Origin: Candidatus Nomurabacteria bacterium
GTDB lineage: Bacteria > Patescibacteriota > Minisyncoccia > Phycocordibacterales > UBA10002
NCBI GenBank assembly: GCA_943349725.1
Contig: CALQZP010000001.1
Coordinates: 5,401 to 69,400, forward strand
Length of the DNA stretch: 64,000 nt
Reading direction: 5' to 3'
Shown here: one piece after another, positions 28,694-37,461 of the stretch
Numbering within the stretch: position 1 is the stretch's first letter
How the letters are laid out: the number at the start of each line of letters is the position of its first letter
Position numbers and translations under genes: made by a program
Notes under the pieces: generated by a model
The model's input: only the letters and a program-made list of their open reading frames with translations
What the model was told of the DNA's origin: nothing
Databases searched by the model: none

Positions 28694-28904
28694 ACCGCAA
28701 AGAAGTTGACACCAACTCCGGTCGAAGCACCTCGGTCACTTTTGGTTTCCGGGAGGATTCGAAGTAAAGTTCAAGAGCCTCGGCTAGATTTTTAAGAGCC
28801 AATTTTTTGCTTTCTCCAAAACTGGAAACATCCACGTTGAGGCATTGAGCTACGTAGTATTTCCCCTCTTTCCAAACTATATTTTTAAGATTTAAAGTTT
28901 TCAT
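28686..28904 (-). CDS. HicB family antitoxin
   Basis: WKEGKYYVAQC..SSFGES..ALKNLAEALELY. Confidence 0.88.
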   Translation of the reverse strand: MKTLNLKNIVWKEGKYYVAQCLNVDVSSFGESKKLALKNLAEALELYFESSRKPKVTEVLRPELVSTSLRYA

Positions 28905-28915
28905 AACACTAGAAG

Positions 28916-29131
28916 TTATATCACATCCTTTAAGGAGCGCCCTCTTTTGAATCTTCCCTGCGCAAAATCCCTTTGGCTTCTCATGACAGACTGGTATAAC
29001 TGCTCTTCTTCCCAAGCTCTCACCGCGTCCCTGAAAAACTCGCTAACGGAAGCGTAATTGCCTTCTTTAACCGCTATGTCCACATTGCGCTTGAGTGAAA
29101 CCGGCATTGAAATGTTTAGTGTTGTTCTCAT
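28916..29131 (-). CDS. ribbon-helix-helix/ParD-like protein
   Basis: TLNISMP..VKEGNYASVSEFFRDAVR. Confidence 0.8.
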   Translation of the reverse strand: MRTTLNISMPVSLKRNVDIAVKEGNYASVSEFFRDAVRAWEEEQLYQSVMRSQRDFAQGRFKRGRSLKDVI

Positions 29132-29183
29132 ACAAGAAGTGTAGCAAATTGTGCTACAGGCCGTCAAACAGCATCTTCCTAAC

Positions 29184-29224
29184 ACAAAACCGCCCCGATG
29201 TAACATCGGGGCGGTTTTGTTTTT
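29184..29224. terminator. bidirectional terminator ending array 2
   Basis: ACAAAACCGCCCCGATG-TAA-CATCGGGGCGGTTTTGT. Confidence 0.82.
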
Positions 29225-29266
29225 CGTGTGCGAAGAGAGAGATTTAAAACACACGACCACTCTGCA

Positions 29267-29373
29267 CTTGCCCTTCCGTAGCTTTATGCGTAGGAGGGTT
29301 TTCCGGGCTTGTGACCGACACCTCTATTTTGCTTATTCGCGCTTGCCCGTCCGTAGTTTTATACGTAGGAGGG
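29267..29373. repeat. two tandem REP-like palindromes
   Basis: CTTGCCC.TCCGTAG.TTTAT.CGTAGGAGGG at 29267-29298 and 29342-29373. Confidence 0.75.
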
Positions 29374-29493
29374 CGAATAACAGCATAGATGTGGCTGCAT
29401 TAAACTAGGCGCTGGTTCTTATTCGGAAACATGGTGCGCCAACCAATGTCGTTCGAGCCGTCGGGCGAACCTGCCCCGCAGTCTTTCCTGCTG

Positions 29494-29700
29494 TCAGTCT
29501 CGGGAGAACTTCGCGAACAGGATAGCCACAAAGGCCAGCCCAAGCTCCGCCCACATAAGGAGCATCGCTTGGTTCCAGTACGCTCGGAACCCTTCCGAGA
29601 ACGGGGTCGGCTCCTGCCAGAGAATCACTGCTTTCATGGCCATTAAGCCAAGAGAGACAGCGACAATCGCGCGAGCCAACCCAAGGAACAACTTTCTCAT
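29494..29700 (-). CDS. small 2-TM hypothetical protein (array 2)
   Basis: Strong SD AAGGAGGT; two hydrophobic helices. Confidence 0.75.
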   Translation of the reverse strand: MRKLFLGLARAIVAVSLGLMAMKAVILWQEPTPFSEGFRAYWNQAMLLMWAELGLAFVAILFAKFSRD

Positions 29701-29895
29701 TTTTTCACCTCCTTCCGAGAATTTGAGGATTTAAACCCAATGAACCCGCGACAATCTTTCAGTCTGCGAGCTCAATAAAGTGGAGAATTTTATAACCCAC
29801 GCGAGATTCTTCCGAAACTCGCAACCTTGTCGAGCACCAATATCTTTTGGTGCTCGACCTGCGGACTATTAAGGGAGGTCCGCACTCCGTGTTTG

Positions 29896-30201
29896 TTATT
29901 TTTCCACCCAAGCTTTTGCGGCTTCGAGAGCCGCTTCGGCATCGGCGAAAAAACTCTGGTCGTTTTCGTTGCGCCAGAGTTTGAGAGACGACGTGGCACC
30001 TTGGAGCGCCACAATCATCTCGTTTTCACTGACCCGCTCTCTGGTCCAGTGAGCGGGGGCAGGGTGGGGCAGTCTTTCGAACAGTCCATCTCCGCCCTTA
30101 ACCCCCGTGATCTGGAATATCCGCTCTCCCACGGACCATTCCAGTGCTTTCCGTTCTCCCTCCACCCAGACACGGAGGAAGGCGAGGTCGTGTTTTGTCA
30201 T
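29896..30201 (-). CDS. hypothetical protein (array 2)
   Basis: Start MTKHDL 8 nt after the upstream stop, SD GAGG. Confidence 0.65.
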   Translation of the reverse strand: MTKHDLAFLRVWVEGERKALEWSVGERIFQITGVKGGDGLFERLPHPAPAHWTRERVSENEMIVALQGATSSLKLWRNENDQSFFADAEAALEAAKAWVEK

Positions 30202-30209
30202 ACACGACC

Positions 30210-30446
30210 TCAATTGGCCCAACTCCATTGCCCGACCGGAACCTCCATCTCCACGAGGAGACGTCCGGCCTGGCATCGGATGACAAGAGTTGCCTCGTCA
30301 TCCTTGAGCCAAATTTCTTCGTCCGGAATTTGCTCCGGACGAATCCCAAGTTGCCCAGTCGCCTGAGCAACTTTTCCGGCCATCGCCTGCCACGCGGCGA
30401 TGGCATCCGTGGTTAGAACCACGGACCCCATGTTTATTTTTTTCAC
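30210..30446 (-). CDS. hypothetical protein (array 2)
   Basis: GTG start with SD AAAGGAGG. Confidence 0.72.
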   Translation of the reverse strand: MKKINMGSVVLTTDAIAAWQAMAGKVAQATGQLGIRPEQIPDEEIWLKDDEATLVIRCQAGRLLVEMEVPVGQWSWAN

Positions 30447-30600
30447 GGGGTCCTCCTTTCACTTAAATTTTCTTCCTACTCTCCCACAAAACCATTGTCT
30501 TGCGAGAGTGATAAGAAGGTGAACGCCGTATCGTTCACCAAAACCCTAAACCTTTTCTTTTTGAATGTTGCACCGAATACGGTCGGCGTTTTATTCTTTA

Positions 30601-31245
30601 CTAGGAATTACAAAATTCCTGGTAGGCCGTTTTTGCCTCCGATTCAAACATGGTGATGGAGCCGAGACACCCATCGTAGGTGCCGCAGATTTCTACCCAT
30701 GCCGGAATCGGCAGTGACACTACCTTCTCCGGTGTTTCAATCTCCCGCACCTGCGGAAACTGCGCCGCTTTTAGGCGGAACATTTCCTTCATCTGCTGAG
30801 CCGAAACCCAAAAAATACTGGGTCTGAAGCTTACACTGACCCGACTTGATCCGACTATCGGCTCAATGAGGATATCGAACCTGATAGAATCCGGCCACAC
30901 TAGGGTCTCTGGGTTTTTATAGCCCGGACCGGACGCGCGGCCATAGAACCCCACGGACGCCAGCTCCTCGGGAGTGAGGGGAACTGCACTTCTCGCCGAG
31001 AGCTCCCTTCGCAAGGCGGCTTCCCACTCTTCGTACTTTCTGCCACTCCCTCCGTCAGGAACCGGCCCATTAATCTCAACGAGCAACTTGCTCGCTGAGT
31101 CGTCCAGCCCCGAAGCGACTGCTTCTTCGGCTAGATGGGTGCATTCGCGCCCCATGTGATACGCGGCAAAGAGCGCCGCGTGAATTGTTGATTTAATCCC
31201 ACTTTTCTTGGCAGCAGGTGAGCCGGTTTTGTTTGTGTTGTTCAT
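30601..31245 (-). CDS. hypothetical protein (array 2)
   Basis: ~214-aa ORF co-oriented in the array; start 31245 or 31275. Confidence 0.72.
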   Translation of the reverse strand: MNNTNKTGSPAAKKSGIKSTIHAALFAAYHMGRECTHLAEEAVASGLDDSASKLLVEINGPVPDGGSGRKYEEWEAALRRELSARSAVPLTPEELASVGFYGRASGPGYKNPETLVWPDSIRFDILIEPIVGSSRVSVSFRPSIFWVSAQQMKEMFRLKAAQFPQVREIETPEKVVSLPIPAWVEICGTYDGCLGSITMFESEAKTAYQEFCNS

Positions 31246-31496
31246 AGCAACCTGCTTCCGATAATTCGGAAACATATTGCTATGAACAACGACTCTATGA
31301 GCCGACCAACACTATTGCCCGGCTCAATAAAGTCCAGCACAACCGACCAAGGAAGTGCTGGGTAAATGTTGGAGAATTAACCCATTCTTTCTGAACAATT
31401 CTCCTTTTGTTCATAAAGTCACAAGAGCCCGCAATACCGCTCTTGCATAACTTCTACCAATCACGCATTGCGACGCGTGTCCGATTTTAGTCGGGA

Positions 31497-32474
31497 TTAT
31501 TTGAGATGGCGGGCCACCACCTCGACCACCTGCTCGACCGTCAGGGTCGAACTGACTCCTTGCGGAGAACCCCCAATAGTCGGCGACCCGCCCCAGCCGG
31601 GTTCAAGCCCCGCCAACTCGGCGAGTGCTGCTTTGATGTCCGCGAACCTGGCCGCCTCAAACGCGCACACCGTAAACTTACGGTGTGGTTCGCCCACACC
31701 GAGCTTGAAACTCGGATTGAGGGCGACCACCACAGGGGCCAGGGAGTACCCGACCATCGTGGCGGCACGATGAGTGGACTCCACGACAGCAATTTTGTCG
31801 TCTGCCGTGGTCAAGTGTTTGATGGCACCCGACTCCAGCGCGCCGACCATCTCGTCGCGCTCCTTCTCCACCTGCTCGCGGTAGCGAGCAGGTTCCTCGC
31901 CGGTCAGAAGCCACTTTTCCATCGTGGCGACCCGCTCGGCGAACGGGACCTTGAAGTCCGCCACCGCCGCGTTGATTGCGGCGAGCGGACGAGAGCTTTC
32001 GGCCGAGGCGCTCTCCTCCGGCCACGGATTGTCCGCGGTCGGAAGCGGTCGAGGCCCGGGATAACCACCCCAAGCAAATTTATCGGCCTTGGCGACCTTT
32101 TTCACCTGCTCCTGGCAAAAAAAAGTTGGCATATCACAACACCCACCACTGCTCTCCAACAGATGGTGACGAATCCCAATGACTGACATTGCCCCGACGG
32201 AGTCCAGATCGGGTCGCACGGTGGCCAGCGTTGTCCATTCCGCCGGCATTTCAATGCCGATCACGACCTCGATGGCCGACCTTCCAGCGTTTCCGCCGGT
32301 GTGTTGGGGGTCAATGTTCCCCAGTGAGCACCGTGCCGCCAATGCGGGCACGGTGACCTCGATCCCGAGAACCGGCCCCGATGCAAAGATCGCGTCGTTG
32401 GCCGCTTGAGCGGATGGGAGGTTTCGGGGATCCAGCACCGCGAATTTATAATTCTTCATAACAATTTCACTCAT
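31497..32474 (-). CDS. hypothetical protein, possible DHH-like phosphoesterase (array 2)
   Basis: NIDPQH, RPDLDS and C-terminal GWGGSPTIGGSP motifs. Confidence 0.65.
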   Translation of the reverse strand: MSEIVMKNYKFAVLDPRNLPSAQAANDAIFASGPVLGIEVTVPALAARCSLGNIDPQHTGGNAGRSAIEVVIGIEMPAEWTTLATVRPDLDSVGAMSVIGIRHHLLESSGGCCDMPTFFCQEQVKKVAKADKFAWGGYPGPRPLPTADNPWPEESASAESSRPLAAINAAVADFKVPFAERVATMEKWLLTGEEPARYREQVEKERDEMVGALESGAIKHLTTADDKIAVVESTHRAATMVGYSLAPVVVALNPSFKLGVGEPHRKFTVCAFEAARFADIKAALAELAGLEPGWGGSPTIGGSPQGVSSTLTVEQVVEVVARHLK

Positions 32475-32849
32475 CTCAAAATAAAAACAAAGCTGTATCA
32501 GTTTTTTCGATACGGTCTTTGTCTTTCATACTGCGCGGGTTTCTATGTCGCGCAAATATGTCATCTCGAATTTTTCGACAAGTGAGCGGGGGTCTAGACT
32601 GTCCCCATTCACTGGTCGAAGTAAGTGAAATTACTATGAATACCTGTCTACAGACCGGCAAAATTTGTCGGCCTGATAAACAGGAGAAGTTTTTAACCGA
32701 AAACTTCTCCACATAACCCTTGCGATTATTTTTCTCGGGAAATCGTCCTTCCCAACGCACTGCATGCGAGGCTCACGCTTTAAAAAGGTGACAACAATTA
32801 GTGCTTCTGTAGCGAAAGTTGCACTATCTTTCGGATGTCTTTCCATCAG

Positions 32850-33185
32850 TCAGTCGAAAGGCTCGAGTCTTCTCAAGACTTCCAACATCCCCTTTACCGG
32901 TTCGGGGAGGACTTGGTTCTTCACCTCAAACCCAGGTCTCGGACTCTTAACAAGTCCGTTCTGGATTTTTATGAAAGTGACATTGTCCACTTCCATAGTC
33001 CTCTCCCCGCTCTGTAGGATTATAACCACTTCATTTCCATGAAGTATCTTATAATCCCCAGAGACGGTGTTTTGGATCAGTAGTCCAAAACCTCCGGCCA
33101 GCCTAAGCTGACTAGGGGTGAAAACTTTTCCTCCCTCCCGGCATGGGATGAGAGTAAAGTTTTCTTTAGATAAGAAAAATACCAT
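32850..33185 (-). CDS. hypothetical protein (array 2)
   Basis: SD GGAGGAGG; 111 aa. Confidence 0.68.
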   Translation of the reverse strand: MVFFLSKENFTLIPCREGGKVFTPSQLRLAGGFGLLIQNTVSGDYKILHGNEVVIILQSGERTMEVDNVTFIKIQNGLVKSPRPGFEVKNQVLPEPVKGMLEVLRRLEPFD

Positions 33186-33326
33186 TTATGGTATCCTCCT
33201 CCCGTTTTTTTCACTGAAACGGCAAGCTTTCGACCTAACTTTCAAGCCTCGCCAAACAGCTCACACTTTGTAACAGGCAGTGAGCGCCTTTGTCCTTCCT
33301 ATTCCCACGGTGCGGGAATAGGAACA

Positions 33327-33740
33327 TTACGAGATGAGGACCCCCTCAATCTCGCTCCTGGCCACCGCAAAAGCGTCGGCGTCACAAACCCCGGTCTCCT
33401 CCGGGATTTGCCGTAGGAATTCCTCGTACCTCGAAAAATTCTTTTGGTCGAGACTTTTTGCCTCGACCAACCACAACACGCCTACGCGTGTGTGGATTTT
33501 AACCGCGGCCATAAGGCCGCGGCCGCTCATCGACTTCCACCTGAGCATTCTCAGGTTTCGTTCGGTGAACTGCATCCATGAAAAACCAGTTGAACGGTTT
33601 TCATGGTTTTCGGGCTCCGAACGCCCATTCCACAGCCTATCGGCTCCTTGGTGTTCGGTCCCAACAAGAACTTTGTCGGTGGGGGCATCGGCCCCCAGTT
33701 GATTGCACGCCATGCGACTCAAATCGCATAGCGACGCCAT
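33327..33740 (-). CDS. hypothetical protein (array 2); 5' end possibly degenerate
   Basis: Follows the same upstream module as 33938-34564; the SD-adjacent GTG frame stops after 11 codons. Confidence 0.5.
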   Translation of the reverse strand: MASLCDLSRMACNQLGADAPTDKVLVGTEHQGADRLWNGRSEPENHENRSTGFSWMQFTERNLRMLRWKSMSGRGLMAAVKIHTRVGVLWLVEAKSLDQKNFSRYEEFLRQIPEETGVCDADAFAVARSEIEGVLIS

Positions 33741-33937
33741 TTTATAATTTTCACACTTCCTTTCTGGCGTTACACGCGCCAAAAGTTTTCTTGATGGGCC
33801 AACGACTTTTCCGCACACACGGAGAATTGCAAGCCCAATAAAGGGGAGGAACGAAAACCCTTTCGTTCCTCCTTTGAAACCTTAACCTTTTCGCACCTTT
33901 AAAAGTGCGAGCGCGTTTTAGAAAACGCGCAAAATGT

Positions 33938-34564
33938 TTACACTCTCACCGCTTCTGGGTGGAGTGCCCAGTACTCGGCCGTACTGGAAAGTCCCAGCTC
34001 CGCCGGAGGCGGGTTGACGAGAAGCTCCTCGACCGTCGGGAGCAGCTGCCCCTTCCCCTTTAGTGACCGCGGGATCTCCGCGACCACAAACCCTCCCCGA
34101 ACCAGCGCCTCTTTGTTGAGGTGCCGATTGACCGCAGCGAGCGGCCAATAGGGGTGGATTGGGGAGGGAGAAGGCTCCCACTCCCCGTGGAGCTCATCCC
34201 AGAGCTCCGATAGCTCCCACTCCCCAGGAGCCTCGTGCTCCCGAGAGTGTTCCACTCGGCCGACTCGATTGGCCCGCTTCGTCATCGCCATGGCCGTCTC
34301 CACCCGGAGGAGCGGTGCCGGTATGCATAGCTTTTCGTTTCCGCCCGGCAAGCGGAGAACGAAGAGGTCGTAGTACGCCTGGTCGGCGAAATGACCCTCG
34401 TCGTCCTCAGTTTCGAGGTCGACGACGAGTCCCTGCGCCTCCTCGTTGCCCCTGAAAAGGGCTTCGAGAAGAACGCAGAAAACTGCGTTGGGGAGGGAAT
34501 AATCTTCCCCTCCCCCAATTGTCTTCGCCCTGTCTGCAAGGGCGAAAAGTTTTTTAATGTCCAT
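33938..34564 (-). CDS. hypothetical protein (array 2), paralog of 8788-9393
   Basis: MDIKKLFALADRAK..ELWDELHGEW..AVNRHLNKEALV shared. Confidence 0.85.
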   Translation of the reverse strand: MDIKKLFALADRAKTIGGGEDYSLPNAVFCVLLEALFRGNEEAQGLVVDLETEDDEGHFADQAYYDLFVLRLPGGNEKLCIPAPLLRVETAMAMTKRANRVGRVEHSREHEAPGEWELSELWDELHGEWEPSPSPIHPYWPLAAVNRHLNKEALVRGGFVVAEIPRSLKGKGQLLPTVEELLVNPPPAELGLSSTAEYWALHPEAVRV

Positions 34565-34745
34565 ACTTCCTTTCCGGCGCGACACTGCGCCAAACAGCTT
34601 TCTCTATAGGCCGACGATTGATTCCGCACACACGGAGAATTGCAAGCCCAATAAAGGGGAGAAGTTTTTAACCAAAAACTTCTCCCATAACCCCATGCAA
34701 CAATTTATCCATCTAATGGAAAGGAAGTTGCTCTTCCTTTGCGCT

Positions 34746-35552
34746 TCAGCTTTCCACCGAAGCGGCGACCTCTTCCCGCGTAGCGGGAGGAGTGTAGTTT
34801 TTCTTGGCGGCCTCAATGGCCGCCAAGATTGCATCCACACCTACCGGATTTCTAAATCCGGTGTAGGTGAGGAGCAACCTCGCCTGAATGGCGGGGGAGG
34901 TTCTGACCTCCCGCCCACCAACTGAGGAGAGAACCTCCTCCATGCTGTCCTCTGACAGCCCCTCGGCTGTCAGCTGTTCCCGAGTGACCGTGAGGTCCTC
35001 GGGAAGATTTTCTACCGCCTCCTTGTGGCGGCAGGGAGGGCACTTGCCCTCCAACTTGATGACAGGAAGCGCGTGCGCGCTCCCTTCCGTCCCTTCGTCC
35101 TCCCCCACCCGGAGAAGGACGAACTCCGACAGCGTGGACCCGCAGTAGGTGCGGGTCCAGCAAAAGCCTGCCTTAGGAGTAGGCAGGCTTTGGGGTTCCC
35201 AGTAGCCGTTTAGGACGGCTACTGGATTTAGAATCGCGTGGCCACCCACGCGACCCGACCAGTTCCAGAGTTGGAACTCGATCGGGTTCACCGGCCGCCC
35301 TTCGGCGGTGGTAAACCCCGTCGCCACCGACCCAACCCCACCCATGGTGAGGAAGAGAGTGGCGATTTCACACGCCGTGGCCAAGGCCTCGGCGTTTTCG
35401 ACTTTCTCCACCCGGAACTTCCGGGTGGATTTCCCGCAACAGGAGCATGTGCGCTCCATGATGCGGGCGTTTACGACGTCCCCGTCTGCGGGGACGTCAC
35501 CGGTCCAGAGTTTGCCGGGGGAACCGATCCCCCGGCGAATTTTAACAATCAT
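34746..35552 (-). CDS. hypothetical protein with CxxC motifs (array 2, first gene)
   Basis: SD GAAAGGAA; CSCC and CPPC motifs. Confidence 0.75.
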   Translation of the reverse strand: MIVKIRRGIGSPGKLWTGDVPADGDVVNARIMERTCSCCGKSTRKFRVEKVENAEALATACEIATLFLTMGGVGSVATGFTTAEGRPVNPIEFQLWNWSGRVGGHAILNPVAVLNGYWEPQSLPTPKAGFCWTRTYCGSTLSEFVLLRVGEDEGTEGSAHALPVIKLEGKCPPCRHKEAVENLPEDLTVTREQLTAEGLSEDSMEEVLSSVGGREVRTSPAIQARLLLTYTGFRNPVGVDAILAAIEAAKKNYTPPATREEVAASVES

Positions 35553-35589
35553 TTTTCCTTTCCGGTGTATCTCTACACCTTTTTTGTTT

Positions 35590-35760
35590 TTTTATTTCTT
35601 CGAACCCATTCGGATCCAAAAAAACGGAATCGTCTTTGCGATCCCTCTTACCCCACCAACCTTAAGTCTTTCGATCTATCAATAAGTGGGGCGAAGAGGA
35701 ATAACATTGCGGAACGATTTGTTCCACGTTTTCCTAATTCGCTATTCTGTTTTCAAAGTT
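35590..35760 (-). ncRNA. putative structured leader RNA of array 2 (homolog of 10150-10446)
   Basis: Conserved blocks and stems; boxA-like ACTTTGAAAAC at ~35749-35759. Confidence 0.65.
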
Positions 35761-35829
35761 CATCCTTACTCTCTCCTTTCACTTCCGCGCAACTCTCTCT
35801 TCCTTGCCCGAACAAGTCTTCTTGTTTTA

Positions 35830-36477
35830 GGGTAATTCAGATTGCGTGGCTTCCTGGTGTAAGGACATTTTGGAATACAAAGCGGGTTAGACCTTATATT
35901 CCATCGATGTCCTTGCGAGCCTTCTCGCGAACAACGTGCGGTGAGTTTGCCTGTAGGCATAGCTCCTTTATTTGGGTAGGTTTCGAAGCCACACAAATAT
36001 AGAGCACTCACCATTCGAAACGAGACTTTCATAAGCTTGCTTCTCTCCCCACTCTCTCTTCTTTCTACGCTTAGTCCCTTGCGGGAAGGTCGTAGTACCC
36101 TCGAGCACTAACTTGTGCGTGCGCTATAATTGCAATATGTATTATGTATACTTTTTGCAAAGTGGTGTTGGTAAAACCTATATCGGCTATACCAACGACC
36201 TGAAGCGCAGACTCGCACAACATAACTCCTCGCAAAGTACCTACACTCGAAATCAAAAGTGGCGACTTGTGTACTACGAAGCTTACGCTTCTAAAGCTGA
36301 TGCCGTGTGTCGAGAAAAATGTCTCAAGCAACGCGGTCAAGCTGTACGCCAACTTAAAGATCGTGTATCTGAATCTTTACGCACAAGTTAGTGCTCGGCT
36401 AGAGGCGGGGAGCAAACTTATGGCTATCTCCTCAATGAACCATTCGACAAGCTCATGGCAAGCTATCTGACTCACCC
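35830..36477 (-). ncRNA. large multi-branch structured RNA enclosing an antisense GIY-YIG ORF
   Basis: Nested long-range stems 35830-41/36466-77, 36030-41/36411-22, 36102-20/36379-97; G-U pairs and a GCAA tetraloop favour the minus strand. Confidence 0.55.
36137..36391 (+). CDS. GIY-YIG nuclease family protein
   Basis: MYYVYFL..TYIGYTNDLKRRLAQHN..LVYYEAY..A..RE; leaderless after TATAAT. Confidence 0.92.
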   Translation: MYYVYFLQSGVGKTYIGYTNDLKRRLAQHNSSQSTYTRNQKWRLVYYEAYASKADAVCREKCLKQRGQAVRQLKDRVSESLRTS

Positions 36478-36505
36478 ATTCACCTGTCTTTACTCTCTGG
36501 GCAAA

Positions 36506-36534
36506 ATAGTACAGGTTTTCTTATGTTCTGTCAA
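36506..36534 (-). promoter_or_regulatory. sigma70 promoter of array 2
   Basis: TTGACA-17 bp-TACTAT. Confidence 0.8.
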
Positions 36535-36648
36535 TTATCTATGTCAGATAAGCCTATTTAGGCGTAACACACTCAAAAATATGACTTATCCACAGTCTAT
36601 ATTTGTCATAGATTTGTAACAAAAACAGATTAATGTTAGGATAGCTCC

Positions 36649-37461
36649 ATGGAAAATATACAATATGAAAAGTTTTTAGGGGAGCTTGGACTCAACAAAG
36701 AGCAGTCACTCGTCTACGAATCGCTCTTAAAAAACGGGCTTATGCCCGCTAGAGTTGTAGCCCAAAAATCAGGGGTCAAGCGAAGTCTTGCTTATAAAAT
36801 ATTAGAGCAGCTTATTTCGCTTGGTTTGGTGGAAAAAAGAGACAATATCGGGAAAATTACCCTGTTCTTCCCTGCCCACCCGGGCAAGCTTCGAGAATTC
36901 CTGCAAAAGCGCGAGGAAGCCATAAAAACCGCCGAGGCTTCGCTCGGCGGGATTATGGGGAAAATGGTGTCGGACTTTAATTTGCTTTCAGGAAAACCCA
37001 ACGTGCAATTCTACGAAGGGCCGGAGGGGATGAAAAAGGTGTTGGAAGATTCTCTTTCGGCGGAAAGTGAAATCTATTCATATTCTGATGTTATTTCGGT
37101 ACAACAATATATCCCCACTCTTAACACCGAATACATGGCCAAGCGGACCAAATTTAATGTAAAGAAAAAAATACTTTTTTTTGATTCTAAAGAAGCACGC
37201 GCTCTTCTTCCTAAAATATACAAACCGGATATCACGGAATATAAATTCATTCCGTTCAAAACGGAACCGCCTCATACTGTCATGCAAATGTATGACAAAA
37301 AAGTATCGTACATCACCCTTGCCAAAGAACAAATGATCGGCGTCATCATTGAGGACGCGAATATTTATTCACTTCATAAATATCTCTTTGAACACCAGTG
37401 GAGTACTAGTCCCGAACTCCCAATAGGAGCGGTTTCTGCGGTCGAGAAAACTCTTCAATAG
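36649..37461 (+). CDS. TrmB family transcriptional regulator
   Basis: LGL..VYESLL..RSLAYKILEQL..GLV wHTH; KPNVQFYEG. Confidence 0.88.
   Translation: MENIQYEKFLGELGLNKEQSLVYESLLKNGLMPARVVAQKSGVKRSLAYKILEQLISLGLVEKRDNIGKITLFFPAHPGKLREFLQKREEAIKTAEASLGGIMGKMVSDFNLLSGKPNVQFYEGPEGMKKVLEDSLSAESEIYSYSDVISVQQYIPTLNTEYMAKRTKFNVKKKILFFDSKEARALLPKIYKPDITEYKFIPFKTEPPHTVMQMYDKKVSYITLAKEQMIGVIIEDANIYSLHKYLFEHQWSTSPELPIGAVSAVEKTLQ

Noticed and set aside
32476-32846. ORFs 32476-32760 and 32634-32846
   Set aside because: They run through spacer modules shared with 34565-34745; more likely non-coding
29184-35552. Canonical integron/attC array
   Set aside because: TAAC..GTT ends occur in some spacers, but they fold as tandem short hairpins rather than one attC stem; no intI in the window (IntegronFinder would be decisive)
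35830-36477. RNase P RNA, tmRNA or group I/II intron
   Set aside because: No GAGGAAAGTCC/P4 partner, no tRNA-like ends, no convincing P7 pairing or domain V
29184-36534. Prophage
   Set aside because: No recognisable integrase, terminase, capsid or tail genes
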